From positions 162,750-226,749 of the forward strand of contig NZ_FOMQ01000007.1 of the NCBI RefSeq assembly GCF_900112675.1: DNA of 64,000 bases, written 5' to 3'. Below are positions 36,151-46,773 of this stretch, piece after piece. The translations under genes were made by a program, and so were the position numbers. Position 1 is the first letter of the stretch; every line of letters begins with the position of its first letter. The DNA is from Paracidovorax konjaci. GTDB lineage: Bacteria; Pseudomonadota; Gammaproteobacteria; Burkholderiales; Burkholderiaceae_C. The notes under the pieces were generated by a model, which had not been told where the DNA came from, searched no databases, and worked only from the letters and a program-made list of their open reading frames with translations.

Positions 36151-37068
36151 ATGAAAATCGACAGCATCCTGCAATCCATCGGCAACACGCCGCACGTGCG
36201 CATCAACCGCCTCTTCGGCGCGGGAGCGAACGTCTGGGTCAAGTCCGAGCGCAGCAACCCGGGCGGCTCCATCAAGGACCGCATCGCGCTCTCCATGGTC
36301 GAGGACGCGGAGCGCTCCGGCGCGCTGCAGCCCGGCGGCACGATCATCGAGCCCACCTCGGGCAACACCGGCATCGGCCTCGCGCTGGTCGCCGCGGTGA
36401 AGGGCTACCGGCTCATCCTCGTGATGCCCGACAGCATGAGCATCGAGCGCCGCCGCCTGATGCTGGCCTACGGAGCGCAGTTCGACCTGACCCCGCGCGA
36501 GAAGGGCATGAAAGGCGCCATCGCGCGTGCGCAGGAACTGGCCGCGCAGACGCCCGGCGCCTGGGTGCCGCAGCAGTTCGAGAACCCCGCCAACATCGAC
36601 GTGCACGTGCGCACCACGGCGCAGGAGATCCTGGCCGACTTCCCCGAGGGCTTCGACGCGCTCATCACCGGCGTGGGCACGGGCGGCCACATCACGGGCG
36701 TGGCGCGCGTGCTGAAGGCGCAGTTCCCCCAGCTCAAGGTGTTCGCCGTGGAGCCCGTCGCCTCGCCGGTGATCTCCGGCGGCCAGCCCGCACCGCACCC
36801 GATCCAGGGCATCGGCGCGGGCTTCGTGCCGAAGAACCTCGACACCAGCCTGCTCGACGGCGTGGTGCAGGTCGATGCCGAACCCGCGCGCGAATACGCC
36901 CGCCGTGCCGCGCGCGAGGAAGGCCTGCTCGTGGGCATCTCGTCGGGCGCCACGCTGGCGGCCATCGCCCAGAAGCTGCCCGAACTGCCGCAGGGCGCGC
37001 GCGTGCTGGGCTTCAACTACGACACGGGCGAGCGCTACCTGTCGGTCGAAGGCTTCCTGCCGGGGTGA
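36151..37068 (+). CDS. cysK: Cysteine synthase (O-acetylserine sulfhydrylase, CysK/CysM family)
   Basis: PLP-binding Lys motif [11 protein letters not shown], glycine-rich loop [13 protein letters not shown] motif. Confidence 0.9.
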   Translation: MKIDSILQSIGNTPHVRINRLFGAGANVWVKSERSNPGGSIKDRIALSMVEDAERSGALQPGGTIIEPTSGNTGIGLALVAAVKGYRLILVMPDSMSIERRRLMLAYGAQFDLTPREKGMKGAIARAQELAAQTPGAWVPQQFENPANIDVHVRTTAQEILADFPEGFDALITGVGTGGHITGVARVLKAQFPQLKVFAVEPVASPVISGGQPAPHPIQGIGAGFVPKNLDTSLLDGVVQVDAEPAREYARRAAREEGLLVGISSGATLAAIAQKLPELPQGARVLGFNYDTGERYLSVEGFLPG

Positions 37069-37408
37069 CAGGGGAGCATCCCCCTGAGGCGCTTCGCGCC
37101 TTCCCCCTTCTCTCGCCGCGCTGCGCGCTGCGGGAAGGGGAACGACGCCAGTGGCCGGGCGGAGCCCGTTCCACGGCGTCTGCTGGCTTGGCCTGCTCCG
37201 CGGCCTTCTGAAGGGGTGGCGCCGGGCCGGGCCGGTGCGTGCGCCGCGTGCGATGCGCAGGCAAACGCCCGCTCTCGGGCCGTCGCGCGCTCCACAAGCG
37301 GTCGGCCCACCGTCCTACAGCACGGCCGTGTCGCCATCGGAACAATCGATTCGAACCCTGCGCCGCGGCCGCCGGCCTCCCGCCCTGGCCTGCGGTGCCT
37401 CTACTTCG

Positions 37409-38188
37409 ATGGCATCCATGGCTTCTCACGCAGAAACACCCTCCTCCGTCGCGTTCAAGGTGCTCACCGTGAACGTGCACAAGGGCTTCACTTCCTTCAA
37501 CCGCCGTTTCATGCTCCACGAGCTGCGCGAAGCCGTGCGCGGCGTGGGGGCGGACCTCGTCTTCCTCCAGGAAGTGCTGGGCACGCACCAGCGCCACGCC
37601 AACCGCGTCGCCAACTTCCCGCAGGAGCCCCACTACGAATTCCTGGCCGACACGATCTGGGGCCAGTACGCCTACGGCCGCAACGCCGTGTACGACAGCG
37701 GCCACCACGGCAATGCGCTGCTCTCCAAGTTCCCCATCGTCCATTACGAGAACCACGACATCTCCGTGAGCGGCCCCGAGCGGCGGGGCATGCTGCACTG
37801 CGTGCTGCAGCCGCCCGGCCATGCGCGCCAGGTGCATGCGATCTGCGTGCATCTGGGCCTGCAGGAGGCGCACCGCCAGCGCCAGCTGCGGCGCGTGTGC
37901 GATCTGGTGGGCACCTTTCCGCCCGAAGACCCGGTGATCGTGGCGGGCGATTTCAACGACTGGCGCGGCCGTGCGCACGAGGTGCTGCGCAAGGGCGCGG
38001 GCCTGAACGAGGTGTTCGTGCATGCGGGCGGCCGGGCCGTGCGCACGTTCCCCGCCTCGATGCCGCTGCTGGCGCTCGACCGCATCTACGTGCGCAACGC
38101 GGCCGTGCATGCGCCGGTGGTGCTGCCGCGCAAGCCCTGGCACAAGCTGTCGGACCATGCGCCGCTGGCCGCGGAGATCGCGCTGTGA
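37409..38188 (+). CDS. Endonuclease/exonuclease/phosphatase (EEP) family protein, YbhP-like
   Basis: EEP motifs (VLTVNVHKG..., LVFLQEV..., GDFNDW..., SDHAPL). Its stop overlaps the clsB start. Confidence 0.8.
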   Translation: MASMASHAETPSSVAFKVLTVNVHKGFTSFNRRFMLHELREAVRGVGADLVFLQEVLGTHQRHANRVANFPQEPHYEFLADTIWGQYAYGRNAVYDSGHHGNALLSKFPIVHYENHDISVSGPERRGMLHCVLQPPGHARQVHAICVHLGLQEAHRQRQLRRVCDLVGTFPPEDPVIVAGDFNDWRGRAHEVLRKGAGLNEVFVHAGGRAVRTFPASMPLLALDRIYVRNAAVHAPVVLPRKPWHKLSDHAPLAAEIAL

Positions 38189-39567
38189 GGCCGGTGCGCC
38201 GCTCCTCCCGGTGGGTGCCGGGCAACCGCTTCGATCTGCTGGAAAACGGCGAGGCGTTCTTCCCCCGCGTGTTCGAGGCGATCGCTGGCGCGCGGCGCGA
38301 GGTGCTGCTGGAGACCTTCATCCTGTTCGACGACAAGATTGGCCAGGGGCTGCACGCCGCGCTGCTGAAGGCCGCGCACAATGGTGCCGAGGTGCACGTG
38401 CTCGTGGACGGCTTCGGTTCGCCCGACCTCTCCGAATCCTTCATCGGCCCGCTGGTGGCGGCGGGCGTGCGCTTTCGCATCTTCGATCCGGGCGGCCTGC
38501 GCCTGTTCGGCCAGCGCCTGAACGTGCTGCGCCGCATGCACCGCAAGATCGTGGTGGTGGACGGCGAAGTCGGCTTCATCGGCGGCATCAACTACTCGGC
38601 CGACCACGTCGCGGATTTCGGGCCCGAGGCCAAGCAGGACTATTCCGTCGAAGTGCGCGGTCCCATAGTGGCGCAGATGCGCGCCTTCGCCCGCAGCGTG
38701 GTCGAGAAGGGCGACAAGGGCCGCCGCACGAACCCGCAGGCGACGACCACCGCCGAACCCGCGCCCGATGCGGCCGGGGCGCCGGCCCCTGATGCCGCGC
38801 AGGCCGGGGCGCCGCGGGCGGCGCGCCGCAAGTGGCCGTTCGGCGCGCGCGCCGCCGATGCGCAGCACCCTGCGGCCGGCCCGGCCGACGCCATCTTCGT
38901 CACGCGCGACAACCATGCGCACACCAACGACATCGAGCGCCACTACCGCGTGGCGCTGCGCGCGGCGCGCGAGCGCGTGGTGATCGCCAATGCGTATTTC
39001 TTCCCGGGCTACCGCTTCATCCGCGAGATGCGCCGCGCCGCGCGCCGCGGCGTCGAGGTGCGGCTGATCCTGCAGGGCCAGCCCGACATGCCGATCGTGC
39101 GCACGGCGGCCAGCATGCTCTACGACCACCTCATCCGCGGCGGCGTGCGCATCTACGAATACTGCGACCGCCCACTGCACGGCAAGGTGGCGCTGGTCGA
39201 CAGCGAATGGTCCACGGTGGGGTCGAGCAACCTCGACCCGCTCAGCCTGTCGCTGAACCTGGAGGCCAACGTGGTCATCCGCGACCGCGCGTTCAACGCC
39301 ACGCTGCACGAGCGCCTGTCGCACCTCATGGACAACAGCTGCCGGCAGGTCGAGCCCACCCCGCCCGGCCGCTGGGACGGGCTGCGCCTGCTGCGCAGCT
39401 ACTGCCTCTTCCACCTGATGCGCTGGTTCCCCGCCTGGGCGGGGTGGCTGCCGCGCCACGAGCCGGAAATCTCCCTGGTGCAGCCCGAGGCCGCCGCCAC
39501 CGCCGCGGCTGCCGGTGCGGCCCCCGTGCCCGGCAGCGACGGCGGCCGCTGGCCTTCTGCCACCTGA
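38185..39567 (+). CDS. clsB: Cardiolipin synthase ClsB (PLD superfamily, two HKD motifs)
   Basis: Strong colinearity with E. coli ClsB (...ILETFI..., [40 protein letters not shown]...). GTG start overlapping the upstream stop (GTGA). Confidence 0.85.
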   Translation: MRPVRRSSRWVPGNRFDLLENGEAFFPRVFEAIAGARREVLLETFILFDDKIGQGLHAALLKAAHNGAEVHVLVDGFGSPDLSESFIGPLVAAGVRFRIFDPGGLRLFGQRLNVLRRMHRKIVVVDGEVGFIGGINYSADHVADFGPEAKQDYSVEVRGPIVAQMRAFARSVVEKGDKGRRTNPQATTTAEPAPDAAGAPAPDAAQAGAPRAARRKWPFGARAADAQHPAAGPADAIFVTRDNHAHTNDIERHYRVALRAARERVVIANAYFFPGYRFIREMRRAARRGVEVRLILQGQPDMPIVRTAASMLYDHLIRGGVRIYEYCDRPLHGKVALVDSEWSTVGSSNLDPLSLSLNLEANVVIRDRAFNATLHERLSHLMDNSCRQVEPTPPGRWDGLRLLRSYCLFHLMRWFPAWAGWLPRHEPEISLVQPEAAATAAAAGAAPVPGSDGGRWPSAT

Positions 39568-39593
39568 GCCCCGCCACCGCACCGCCGCACCCC

Positions 39594-40676
39594 ATGTCCT
39601 CCGCCTCGCACGCCCCCGCCCTGCCCGACGAATCTGCCGGCCCGCAGGGCGACGGCACGCCCCCCAGCCGCTGGCAGCGGCTGCGCTCGCAGCGCTGGTG
39701 GCCCTGGGCCATGACGCTGGTCACCGGCGCCTTCGTGGTCTTCGTCGTCGGCCTGCTGGTGCGGCAGGCGCGCACCGTGGACTGGGGCGCCGTGTGGGAG
39801 GCCTTCCTCGCGCTGCCCCCGGCCACGCTGGCCGTGGGCGGTGCGCTGGCGCTCGCGAGCCACGGGCTCTACAGCACCTTCGACCTCTTCGGCCGGCATT
39901 TCACGCGGCACGGCCTGTCCGTGGGGCGCACGGTGGGCATCACGCTCATCGCCTATCCGTTCACGCTGAACCTCGGTTCGATCATCGGCGGAGTGAGCGT
40001 GCGCTACCGCCTCTATTCACGCCAGGGCGTGTCCGTCGGCGCGATCGGGCAGGTGATCGGGCAAAGCATCGTCACCAACTGGCTGGGCTACTTCGTGCTC
40101 GCGGGCGCGGTGTTCTGGGTCTGGTCGCCACGGCTGCCGGAGGGCTGGCACGTGGGCCCCGGCGAGCTGCGCTGGATCGGCACCGCGCTGGCGGCCATCA
40201 CGGTGGCGTACGTCGCCGCCTGCGCGGTCCGGCGCGGCAGGCCCCTGGCCTGGCGGGGGCACGACTTTCCGCTGCCGGGCTGGCGCGTGGCGCTGCTGCA
40301 GGTGGCCGTGTCGTCCGTGAACTGGATGGTGATGGGGGCTGCCGTGTGGGCCCTCACGGGCTACCAGCCGCCCTATGCCGCCGCGCTGGCCACCGTGCTG
40401 CTGGGCGCCGTGGCCGGGCTGATCTCCCGCATCCCGGCGGGCCTGGGCGTGCTGGAGGCCGTGGGCACCGCCGTGCTGTCGGCCTACATGCCCGCCTCCC
40501 AGGCGCTGGCGGCGGTGCTGGCCTACCGCGCCCTCTACTTCTTCGCGCCGCTGGTGCTGGCGGCGCTGGCCTTCGGCGCGGTCGAATGGGCCGGCCGCGG
40601 CGCGCCGGCCCCGGAAACGGACGCCCACAAGGAATCCGATGAAAATCAGCCCCATGCCGCCGGATCCATTCAATAG
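39594..40676 (+). CDS. YbhN-family membrane protein (lysylphosphatidylglycerol-synthase-like TM region, UPF0104)
   Basis: Polytopic membrane protein directly after clsB, as in the E. coli ybhP–clsB–ybhN operon. The last ~15 codons and the stop codon lie inside repeat copy E. Confidence 0.8.
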   Translation: MSSASHAPALPDESAGPQGDGTPPSRWQRLRSQRWWPWAMTLVTGAFVVFVVGLLVRQARTVDWGAVWEAFLALPPATLAVGGALALASHGLYSTFDLFGRHFTRHGLSVGRTVGITLIAYPFTLNLGSIIGGVSVRYRLYSRQGVSVGAIGQVIGQSIVTNWLGYFVLAGAVFWVWSPRLPEGWHVGPGELRWIGTALAAITVAYVAACAVRRGRPLAWRGHDFPLPGWRVALLQVAVSSVNWMVMGAAVWALTGYQPPYAAALATVLLGAVAGLISRIPAGLGVLEAVGTAVLSAYMPASQALAAVLAYRALYFFAPLVLAALAFGAVEWAGRGAPAPETDAHKESDENQPHAAGSIQ

Positions 40677-40697
40677 TTTGCTATAAATAATAGCAAA
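40632..40697 (-). repeat. Repeat element copy E (reverse orientation) overlapping the 3' end of the ybhN-like gene
   Basis: The reverse complement reads TTTGCTATTATTTATAGCAAACTATTGAATGGATCCGGCGGCATGGGGCTGATTTTCATCGGATTC. On the plus strand it encodes ...KESDENQPHAAGSIQ-stop. Confidence 0.8.
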
Positions 40698-40802
40698 CCG
40701 AGCCCTGCGGCCACCCGCATGCGCGGTGACAGCGCGGGGGGCTGCGGCGTATCATCGCGGCCGTTTTCCTGCACCGCCCGATCGACACGGGCCGCACACC
40801 CC

Positions 40803-42530
40803 ATGATCCGCCTCTCCGAAATCAAGCTGCCGCTGGCCGCCCTGCCGGCCGACGGCACGCAGCACCCCGAACCCGCCCTGCGCGCCGCCGCCGCGCGCAT
40901 CCTGGACATCGCCCCCGGCGACATCGCCCGGCTCCAGGTGTTCAAGCGCAGCTTCGACGCGCGCAAGGCCGAACTGCTGGCCGTCTACATCGTCGATCTC
41001 GACCTGCCCGACGCCGCGCAGGCGGCCGCGCTGCTGGCCCGGCACGCCGGCCACCCGCACATCCTGCCCACGCCCGACATGGCCTGGAAGCCGGTCGGCC
41101 AGGCGCCTGCCGGCCTCTCCGAGCGCCCGGTGGTCGTGGGTTTCGGCCCCTGCGGCATCTTCGCCGCACTGGTGCTCGCGCAGATGGGGCTGCGCCCCAT
41201 CGTGCTGGAGCGCGGCCGGGCGGTGCGCGAGCGCACCCAGGACACCTGGGGCCTGTGGCGCCGCCGCGAACTGCAGGCGGAATCGAACGTGCAGTTCGGC
41301 GAAGGCGGGGCCGGAACGTTCAGCGACGGCAAGCTCTACAGCCAGATCAAGGACCCGCGCCACCTGGGCCGCAAGGTGATGCAAGAGTTCGTGCAGGCCG
41401 GCGCGCCGCCGGAGATCCTCTACGCCGCGCACCCCCACATCGGCACCTTCAAGCTCGTGAAGGTGGTGGAGACGCTGCGCGAGCAGATCATCGCCCTGGG
41501 CGGCGAGGTGCGCTTCGGCCAGCGCGTGGTCGATGTGGCGGTGGAGGAAGACGCCGCCGGCCGCCGGCACCTGCGGGGCCTGCGCGTGCTCGACCAGGCG
41601 GCGGGGCAGGAATACGACCTTGCCGCCTCGCAGGCCGTGATCGCGCTGGGCCACAGTGCGCGCGACACCTTCGCGATGCTGTATGCGCGCGGCGTCCACA
41701 TGGAATCCAAGCCGTTCTCGGTGGGCTTTCGCATCGAGCACCCGCAGGGGCTGATCGACCGCGCCCGCTGGGGCCGGCACGCCGGCCATCCGCTGCTGGG
41801 CGCGGCCGACTACAAGCTGGTGCACCACGCGAGCAACGGGCGCGCGGTGTACAGCTTCTGCATGTGCCCGGGCGGCACCGTGGTGGCCGCCACCAGCGAG
41901 CCCGGCCGCGTGGTGACGAACGGCATGAGCCAGTATTCGCGCAACGAGCGCAACGCCAACGCGGGCATGGTGGTGGGCATCGACCCGCGCGATTACCCCT
42001 CCGACCCTGCCGCCTTCGAAGCCGCGCTAGGCGCCACCCACGGGGTCGAATCGCTGCCGGCCGGCGCGGCCCATCCGCTGGCCGGCATCGTGCTGCAGCG
42101 GCAGCTCGAATCCGGCGCCTATGCGCTGGGCGGCGGCGACTACAACGCGCCCGGCCAACTGGTGGGCGACTTCATCGCGGGGCGCGCATCGCAAGGCTTC
42201 GGCGAGGTCGAGCCCTCGTACCGGCCCGGTGTCACGCCCACCGACCTGGCGGCCGCCCTGCCCGGCTACGCCATCGCGGCGCTGCGCGAAGCCTTGCCAG
42301 CCTTCGGCCGCAAGATCCAGGGCTTCGACCGCCACGACGCGGTGCTGACGGGCGTGGAGACGCGCACCTCGTCACCGCTCAAGATCGGCCGGGGCGAGGA
42401 TTTCCAGAGCCTCAACACCGCCGGCCTCTACCCCGCGGGCGAAGGCGCCAGCTACGCGGGCGGCATCCTGTCGGCCGGTGTGGACGGCATTAAGGTGGGC
42501 GAAGCCGTCGCCCGTGCGCTGCTGCAGTGA
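40803..42530 (+). CDS. NAD(P)/FAD-dependent oxidoreductase (COG2509-like, uncharacterised FAD-dependent dehydrogenase)
   Basis: Rossmann motif VVVGFGPCGIFAALVLAQMG...ERG and a C-terminal GEGASYAGGILSAGVDG motif. Confidence 0.8.
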   Translation: MIRLSEIKLPLAALPADGTQHPEPALRAAAARILDIAPGDIARLQVFKRSFDARKAELLAVYIVDLDLPDAAQAAALLARHAGHPHILPTPDMAWKPVGQAPAGLSERPVVVGFGPCGIFAALVLAQMGLRPIVLERGRAVRERTQDTWGLWRRRELQAESNVQFGEGGAGTFSDGKLYSQIKDPRHLGRKVMQEFVQAGAPPEILYAAHPHIGTFKLVKVVETLREQIIALGGEVRFGQRVVDVAVEEDAAGRRHLRGLRVLDQAAGQEYDLAASQAVIALGHSARDTFAMLYARGVHMESKPFSVGFRIEHPQGLIDRARWGRHAGHPLLGAADYKLVHHASNGRAVYSFCMCPGGTVVAATSEPGRVVTNGMSQYSRNERNANAGMVVGIDPRDYPSDPAAFEAALGATHGVESLPAGAAHPLAGIVLQRQLESGAYALGGGDYNAPGQLVGDFIAGRASQGFGEVEPSYRPGVTPTDLAAALPGYAIAALREALPAFGRKIQGFDRHDAVLTGVETRTSSPLKIGRGEDFQSLNTAGLYPAGEGASYAGGILSAGVDGIKVGEAVARALLQ

Positions 42531-42629
42531 GGCGCGAGGGCGCCCGCCGTTCGCCCTGAAGGGGACGGTGGCCGCCGGCCCGGAACGGCCCGTCCACCGG
42601 CGATCCCGCGGCGGGCAGGCAGCGCGGTG

Positions 42630-43019
42630 TCAGCGTGGCGCCCAATGGCCGGGCCGCATGTGCCATCCGCCCGGACCCGGCTCCCAGCGGTGCGGCACCC
42701 AGGCCCAGCCTGCGCGCGGCGGCGCAGCCCAGTGGCCAGGGCGCCAGGCGTAGCGGCCGCCCCCCCATTCCCAGAAGCCGCCCACCCACACATGCACGGG
42801 CGAGGGAGCGACGGTCACGGTTTCCACATACGGCACCGGGGGCGCCATGGGCGCGACCACCACGGGGCCCTGCTGCTCCACCACCACCTGCCGCGCGGGG
42901 GGGGCGACCACGCAGCCCGAGAGGGCCGCCGCGGCGGCGAGGCCCAGGCCCCAACGCAGTGCAGTGGTACGGGCAGGGGCCCGGGGCGAGGGGTTGCGAT
43001 CGCGGGAGAGGAAAAGCAT
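42630..43019 (-). CDS. YXWGXW-repeat lipoprotein (small, Trp/Gly/Pro-rich)
   Basis: Signal peptide with lipobox LSGC and repeated W-x-W-G/HWAAP motifs (GGFWEWGGGRYAWRPGHWAAP...). Confidence 0.65.
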   Translation of the reverse strand: MLFLSRDRNPSPRAPARTTALRWGLGLAAAAALSGCVVAPPARQVVVEQQGPVVVAPMAPPVPYVETVTVAPSPVHVWVGGFWEWGGGRYAWRPGHWAAPPRAGWAWVPHRWEPGPGGWHMRPGHWAPR

Positions 43020-43156
43020 CGGGAAGCTCCAGAGTCGAGGGTGCTTGCTGAACGCGCGCGCCCCCGCGCACTGTTGACTTCCGGCGTGTAAAGAAAAGGC
43101 CGCGTTGTGTGAACGGCGCAGGAAACCGGTGCGGTCCGGTGGACCGCGAAACCGTC

Positions 43157-44764
43157 TCAGCGCAGCCGCGCCACGCCCGGAGCGCCTGGCAGGGCGCCGC
43201 CGCCAGCGGCCCCTTCCGGCAGGCGGAAGGCCGCCACCAGGTCGGCCAGCTGCTGCGCCTGCATGCGCAAGCCCTGCGCCGCGGCGGACGACTCCTCCAC
43301 CAGCGCGGCATTCTGCTGCGTCATCTGGTCGAGCTGGCTCACCGCCTCGCCGACCTGGCCCAGCCCCGTGCTCTGCTCGCGCGCGGCGGTGCTGATCTCT
43401 CCGATGATGGTCGCCACCTGTTCCACCGACCCGACGATCTCGCCCATCGTGCCGCCGGCGGCATGCACCTGCTGCGTGCCTTCGTCCACCTTGCGCACGC
43501 TGTCGCCGATCAGCGCGCCGATTTCCTTGGCGGCCGTGGCCGAGCGCTGCGCGAGGCTGCGCACCTCGGCCGCCACCACCGCGAAGCCCCGGCCCTGCTC
43601 GCCCGCGCGCGCGGCCTCCACGGCGGCATTGAGCGCCAGGATGTTGGTCTGGAAGGCGATGCCGTCGATCACGCTCGTGATGTCGGCGATCCTGCGGGAC
43701 GATTGCGCGATGCCGTCCATCGTGCCCACCACCCGCTCCACCGCATCGCGGCCCCGGCGGGCCACGTCGCTCGCGGTGCCGGCCAGGCTGCTGGCCTGCT
43801 GCGCCGCATCGGCGCTGTGGCGCACGGTAGCGATCAGCTCCTCCATGCTGGCGGCGATCTCCTCCAGGTTGGAGGCCGTCTGCTCGGTGCGCGCCGAGAG
43901 GTCGGAATTGCCCGCGGCGATCTCGGCGCTGGCGCCCGCCACCGAGGCGCTGGCCTGGCGCATGCCCACCACGAGGCTTGCGAGCCGATGCTGCATTCCG
44001 CCCAGGCGCGCCAGCAGCGCGCTCACCTCGTCGCGGTTGCCCTCGCTCGCCGGGGGAACCACGGAGGTGAGGTCGCCCTCGGCGATGCGGTCCGACACGG
44101 ACGAGGCACCGGACAGCGGCTTCAGGATGGAGCGCGAGAGCAGCAGCGCACAGCCCAGGCTGAGCAGCAGCCCCAGCAGGGAGCCCCCCACGAGCAGCGC
44201 GATGCCCTGGCGCTCGCTGGCCTCGGCCTCCGCGCGCGCCTGGATGACGCGCTTGCGCTGGTACTCCGCCAGCTCGTCCACCGCGGCGGCGTAGCGGTCG
44301 GCCGCGGGCCGCAGCAGCTTGCCCACGGCTTCGGGCGGAAGCACCTCACCGGCCTTGCGGCGCTTGACCAGGTCGTCGCGCGCCGCACGGAAGGCATTGC
44401 CCGTGGTGTCGATGGTCTCGAAGATGCGCTTCGATTCGGCGTCCTCGGCCAGGGCTTCGAGCCGCTTGCGCACCTCGGAGGAGCGCGCCGAGGTGAGCTT
44501 GCGGTCGGCCTCGATGCGCGCCGCGTAGGCGGGGTTGTCGATTTCCAGCAGCGTCTCGGCGCGCACGGAGCTGAGCACCACGATGGAATGCAGCTCGCGC
44601 GCGAGCAGCGCACGCTCGGACGACGCGCCGCCCAGGTCATCGGTGATGTCCTGCAGTTCCGAGAGCCGCCAGACCCCCACGGCCGCGGACAGGGACATCA
44701 CGACACAGATCGCGCCGAAGGCGATCGCGAGGCGGAAGGACAGGCGGGCGTTGTGCAGTTTCAT
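43157..44764 (-). CDS. Methyl-accepting chemotaxis protein
   Basis: [23 protein letters not shown]... (TM1), helical sensor, TM2, HAMP, and the conserved signalling domain [34 protein letters not shown]. Start trimmed to 44764. Confidence 0.88.
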   Translation of the reverse strand: MKLHNARLSFRLAIAFGAICVVMSLSAAVGVWRLSELQDITDDLGGASSERALLARELHSIVVLSSVRAETLLEIDNPAYAARIEADRKLTSARSSEVRKRLEALAEDAESKRIFETIDTTGNAFRAARDDLVKRRKAGEVLPPEAVGKLLRPAADRYAAAVDELAEYQRKRVIQARAEAEASERQGIALLVGGSLLGLLLSLGCALLLSRSILKPLSGASSVSDRIAEGDLTSVVPPASEGNRDEVSALLARLGGMQHRLASLVVGMRQASASVAGASAEIAAGNSDLSARTEQTASNLEEIAASMEELIATVRHSADAAQQASSLAGTASDVARRGRDAVERVVGTMDGIAQSSRRIADITSVIDGIAFQTNILALNAAVEAARAGEQGRGFAVVAAEVRSLAQRSATAAKEIGALIGDSVRKVDEGTQQVHAAGGTMGEIVGSVEQVATIIGEISTAAREQSTGLGQVGEAVSQLDQMTQQNAALVEESSAAAQGLRMQAQQLADLVAAFRLPEGAAGGGALPGAPGVARLR

Positions 44765-44887
44765 GGCGTGCGGTACGTGGCGGTCGGTGGGGCAGAAAGA
44801 ATACCGGCTCCCGGTGACGCGGCTGGACCGCAGGCGGGGTTTTGGCTTTATCGGCGCCCCCACATCGAACTTGAACGCCCCGTGCCC

Positions 44888-45874
44888 CTATTCCGCCACC
44901 ACTCCGGCCGACTGGATCACCCGGGCCCACTTGGCGGTCTCCGCCGCGATGAAGGCATTGCATTCCTGCGGGGTGGAGCCTTCGGGAAAGGTTCCCATGG
45001 TCTGCTCCAGCCGACGCGAGACCTCCGGGCTGCGGACGATGCGCGCCACCTCTTCGGACATGCGCTGCACGATCTCGGGCGGCGTGCCTGCGGGGGCCAG
45101 CATGGCCGCCCAGGTGCTGCCGACCAGCGCCGGATAACCCAGCTCGCCGAACGTGGGCACCTCCGGCAGCGCAGGCACGCGCTTGTCGCTGGCCACGCCG
45201 ATCAGCCGGATCTTGCCCGCCTTGGCCGGCTGGATCAGGTTGGGCGGCGGATCGAGGAAGAGCGGCACCTGCCCGCCCATGAGGTCGGCCAGGGCGGGCG
45301 ACGCGCCCTTGTACGGCACATGCACCATCTCGACGCCGGTGACCATGCGCATCAGCTCCGAAGTGAGGTGCGCAGCCGAGCCGCTGCCCGACGAGGCATA
45401 GCTGATCTTGCCGGGGTGGGCGCGGCCGTAGGCCACCAGTTCGGCCAGGGTCTTGAAGGGCGCGTTCATCGACACCGCCGCCACCAGCGGCGACACACCC
45501 ATGAGCGATACACCCGTCAGGTCCTTCTTCGGGTCGTAGGGCAGCTTGGGATAGAGCGTGGTGTTGGCGGCATAGGCGGCGATGAACACGCCGAAGGTGG
45601 TGCCATCCGGCGCGGCCTTCGCCACCGCGTCCACTCCGATGATGCTGTTGGCGCCGGGCTTGTTGTCCACGATGACGGGCTGGCCCAGGCGCTGCTGCAG
45701 GCCCACCTGCAGCAGGCGCGCCATCTGGTCGGTGAAGCCGCCGGCCGTATAAGGCACGACGATGCGGATGGGTTTGGCGGGCCAGGGGCTCTGCGCTCGG
45801 GCCGGCAGCGCGGCGCCCGCCGCCAGGGCCGAGCCCGCGTGCAGGAAGGCGCGGCGGGAGGGGTTCGATTGCAT
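44888..45874 (-). CDS. Bug/TctC-family periplasmic substrate-binding protein (orphan)
   Basis: Tat/Sec-like signal sequence, then IRIVVPYTAGGFTDQMARLL...PDGTTFGV..., a typical Bug-family fold. Confidence 0.8.
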   Translation of the reverse strand: MQSNPSRRAFLHAGSALAAGAALPARAQSPWPAKPIRIVVPYTAGGFTDQMARLLQVGLQQRLGQPVIVDNKPGANSIIGVDAVAKAAPDGTTFGVFIAAYAANTTLYPKLPYDPKKDLTGVSLMGVSPLVAAVSMNAPFKTLAELVAYGRAHPGKISYASSGSGSAAHLTSELMRMVTGVEMVHVPYKGASPALADLMGGQVPLFLDPPPNLIQPAKAGKIRLIGVASDKRVPALPEVPTFGELGYPALVGSTWAAMLAPAGTPPEIVQRMSEEVARIVRSPEVSRRLEQTMGTFPEGSTPQECNAFIAAETAKWARVIQSAGVVAE

Positions 45875-45920
45875 GGTGCTGTCGTCTCCTGCGTTTTTTG
45901 GGATGCAACGGGTGCCGGGA

Positions 45921-46700
45921 TCAGTTCCTGTAGCTGGGGTCGATGCGGTCGAGCCGGCGCAGCAGCCCCGGCCACGCGAGGCCCGCGCCCTTGCCCTTGG
46001 TCACCTGGCGCGATTGCTCCAGCGAGGTGGCGACGATGTCGGCCGGGATGCGCGTGAGCGCGCCCCCGCCGGCCTGTGCCAGGATCTGGATGCGGCAGGC
46101 CGATTCGAGCGTGTACATGGCCAGCAGGGCCTCGGGCACACTGCGGCCGCAGGTCAGCAGGCCGTGGTTGCGCAGGACCAGGTAGTTGCCGGTTCCCAGG
46201 TCGGCCACCAGGCGCGGCCGCTCGTCGTCGCGCAGGGCCACGCCTTCGTAGTCGTGATAGGCCAGTTGCGCGAGCGGAAAGATGGATTGCTGCGAGATCG
46301 GCAGCAGCCCGCCTTCCTGCGCGGACACCGCCACGCCGTACTGCGTGTGCGTGTGCAGCACGCACTGCACTTCGGGGCGGCCGTCATGGATGGCGCTGTG
46401 GATCAGGAAGCCGGCCGGGTTCACGTCGTAGTCGGTGGCCATCACGGGCTCGCCGTGGTGGTCCACCTTGACCAGGCTGGAGGCCGTGATCTCGTCGAAC
46501 AGCATGCCGTAGGGGTTGATGAGGAATCGATCGGGCTCACCCGGCACGCGGGCCGAGATGTGCGTGAAGATCAGATCGTCCCAGCCGAAGTGGGCCACCA
46601 GCCGGTAGGCGGCGGCCAGTTCGATGCGGGTCTGCCATTCCTGGGGCGAGACCTGGCCGCGCACATCGGGGGCGGTGGCGTGGGCGGTGGTTGCATTCAT
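45921..46700 (-). CDS. Class II aldolase/adducin-family protein
   Basis: ...HTHTQYGVAVS..., ...RNHGLLTCGRSVPEA..., metal-binding His motifs of the class II aldolase fold. Start set at MNATT (46700) with a GGAG RBS. Confidence 0.8.
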   Translation of the reverse strand: MNATTAHATAPDVRGQVSPQEWQTRIELAAAYRLVAHFGWDDLIFTHISARVPGEPDRFLINPYGMLFDEITASSLVKVDHHGEPVMATDYDVNPAGFLIHSAIHDGRPEVQCVLHTHTQYGVAVSAQEGGLLPISQQSIFPLAQLAYHDYEGVALRDDERPRLVADLGTGNYLVLRNHGLLTCGRSVPEALLAMYTLESACRIQILAQAGGGALTRIPADIVATSLEQSRQVTKGKGAGLAWPGLLRRLDRIDPSYRN

Positions 46701-46773
46701 GGAAATCACTCCTGAAAAAGAGACAAGGGAGCCGCCCCTGGCGGCTCCGGCCCTGGCACTGCGGCGGGCGCCG

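Noticed and set aside
42531-42629. GC-rich inverted repeat GGACGG…CCGTCC between the convergent FAD oxidoreductase and YXWGXW lipoprotein genes as a bidirectional terminator.
   Set aside because: The stem is imperfect with a long GC-rich loop and no flanking U/A tracts, so it is too weak to call from sequence alone.
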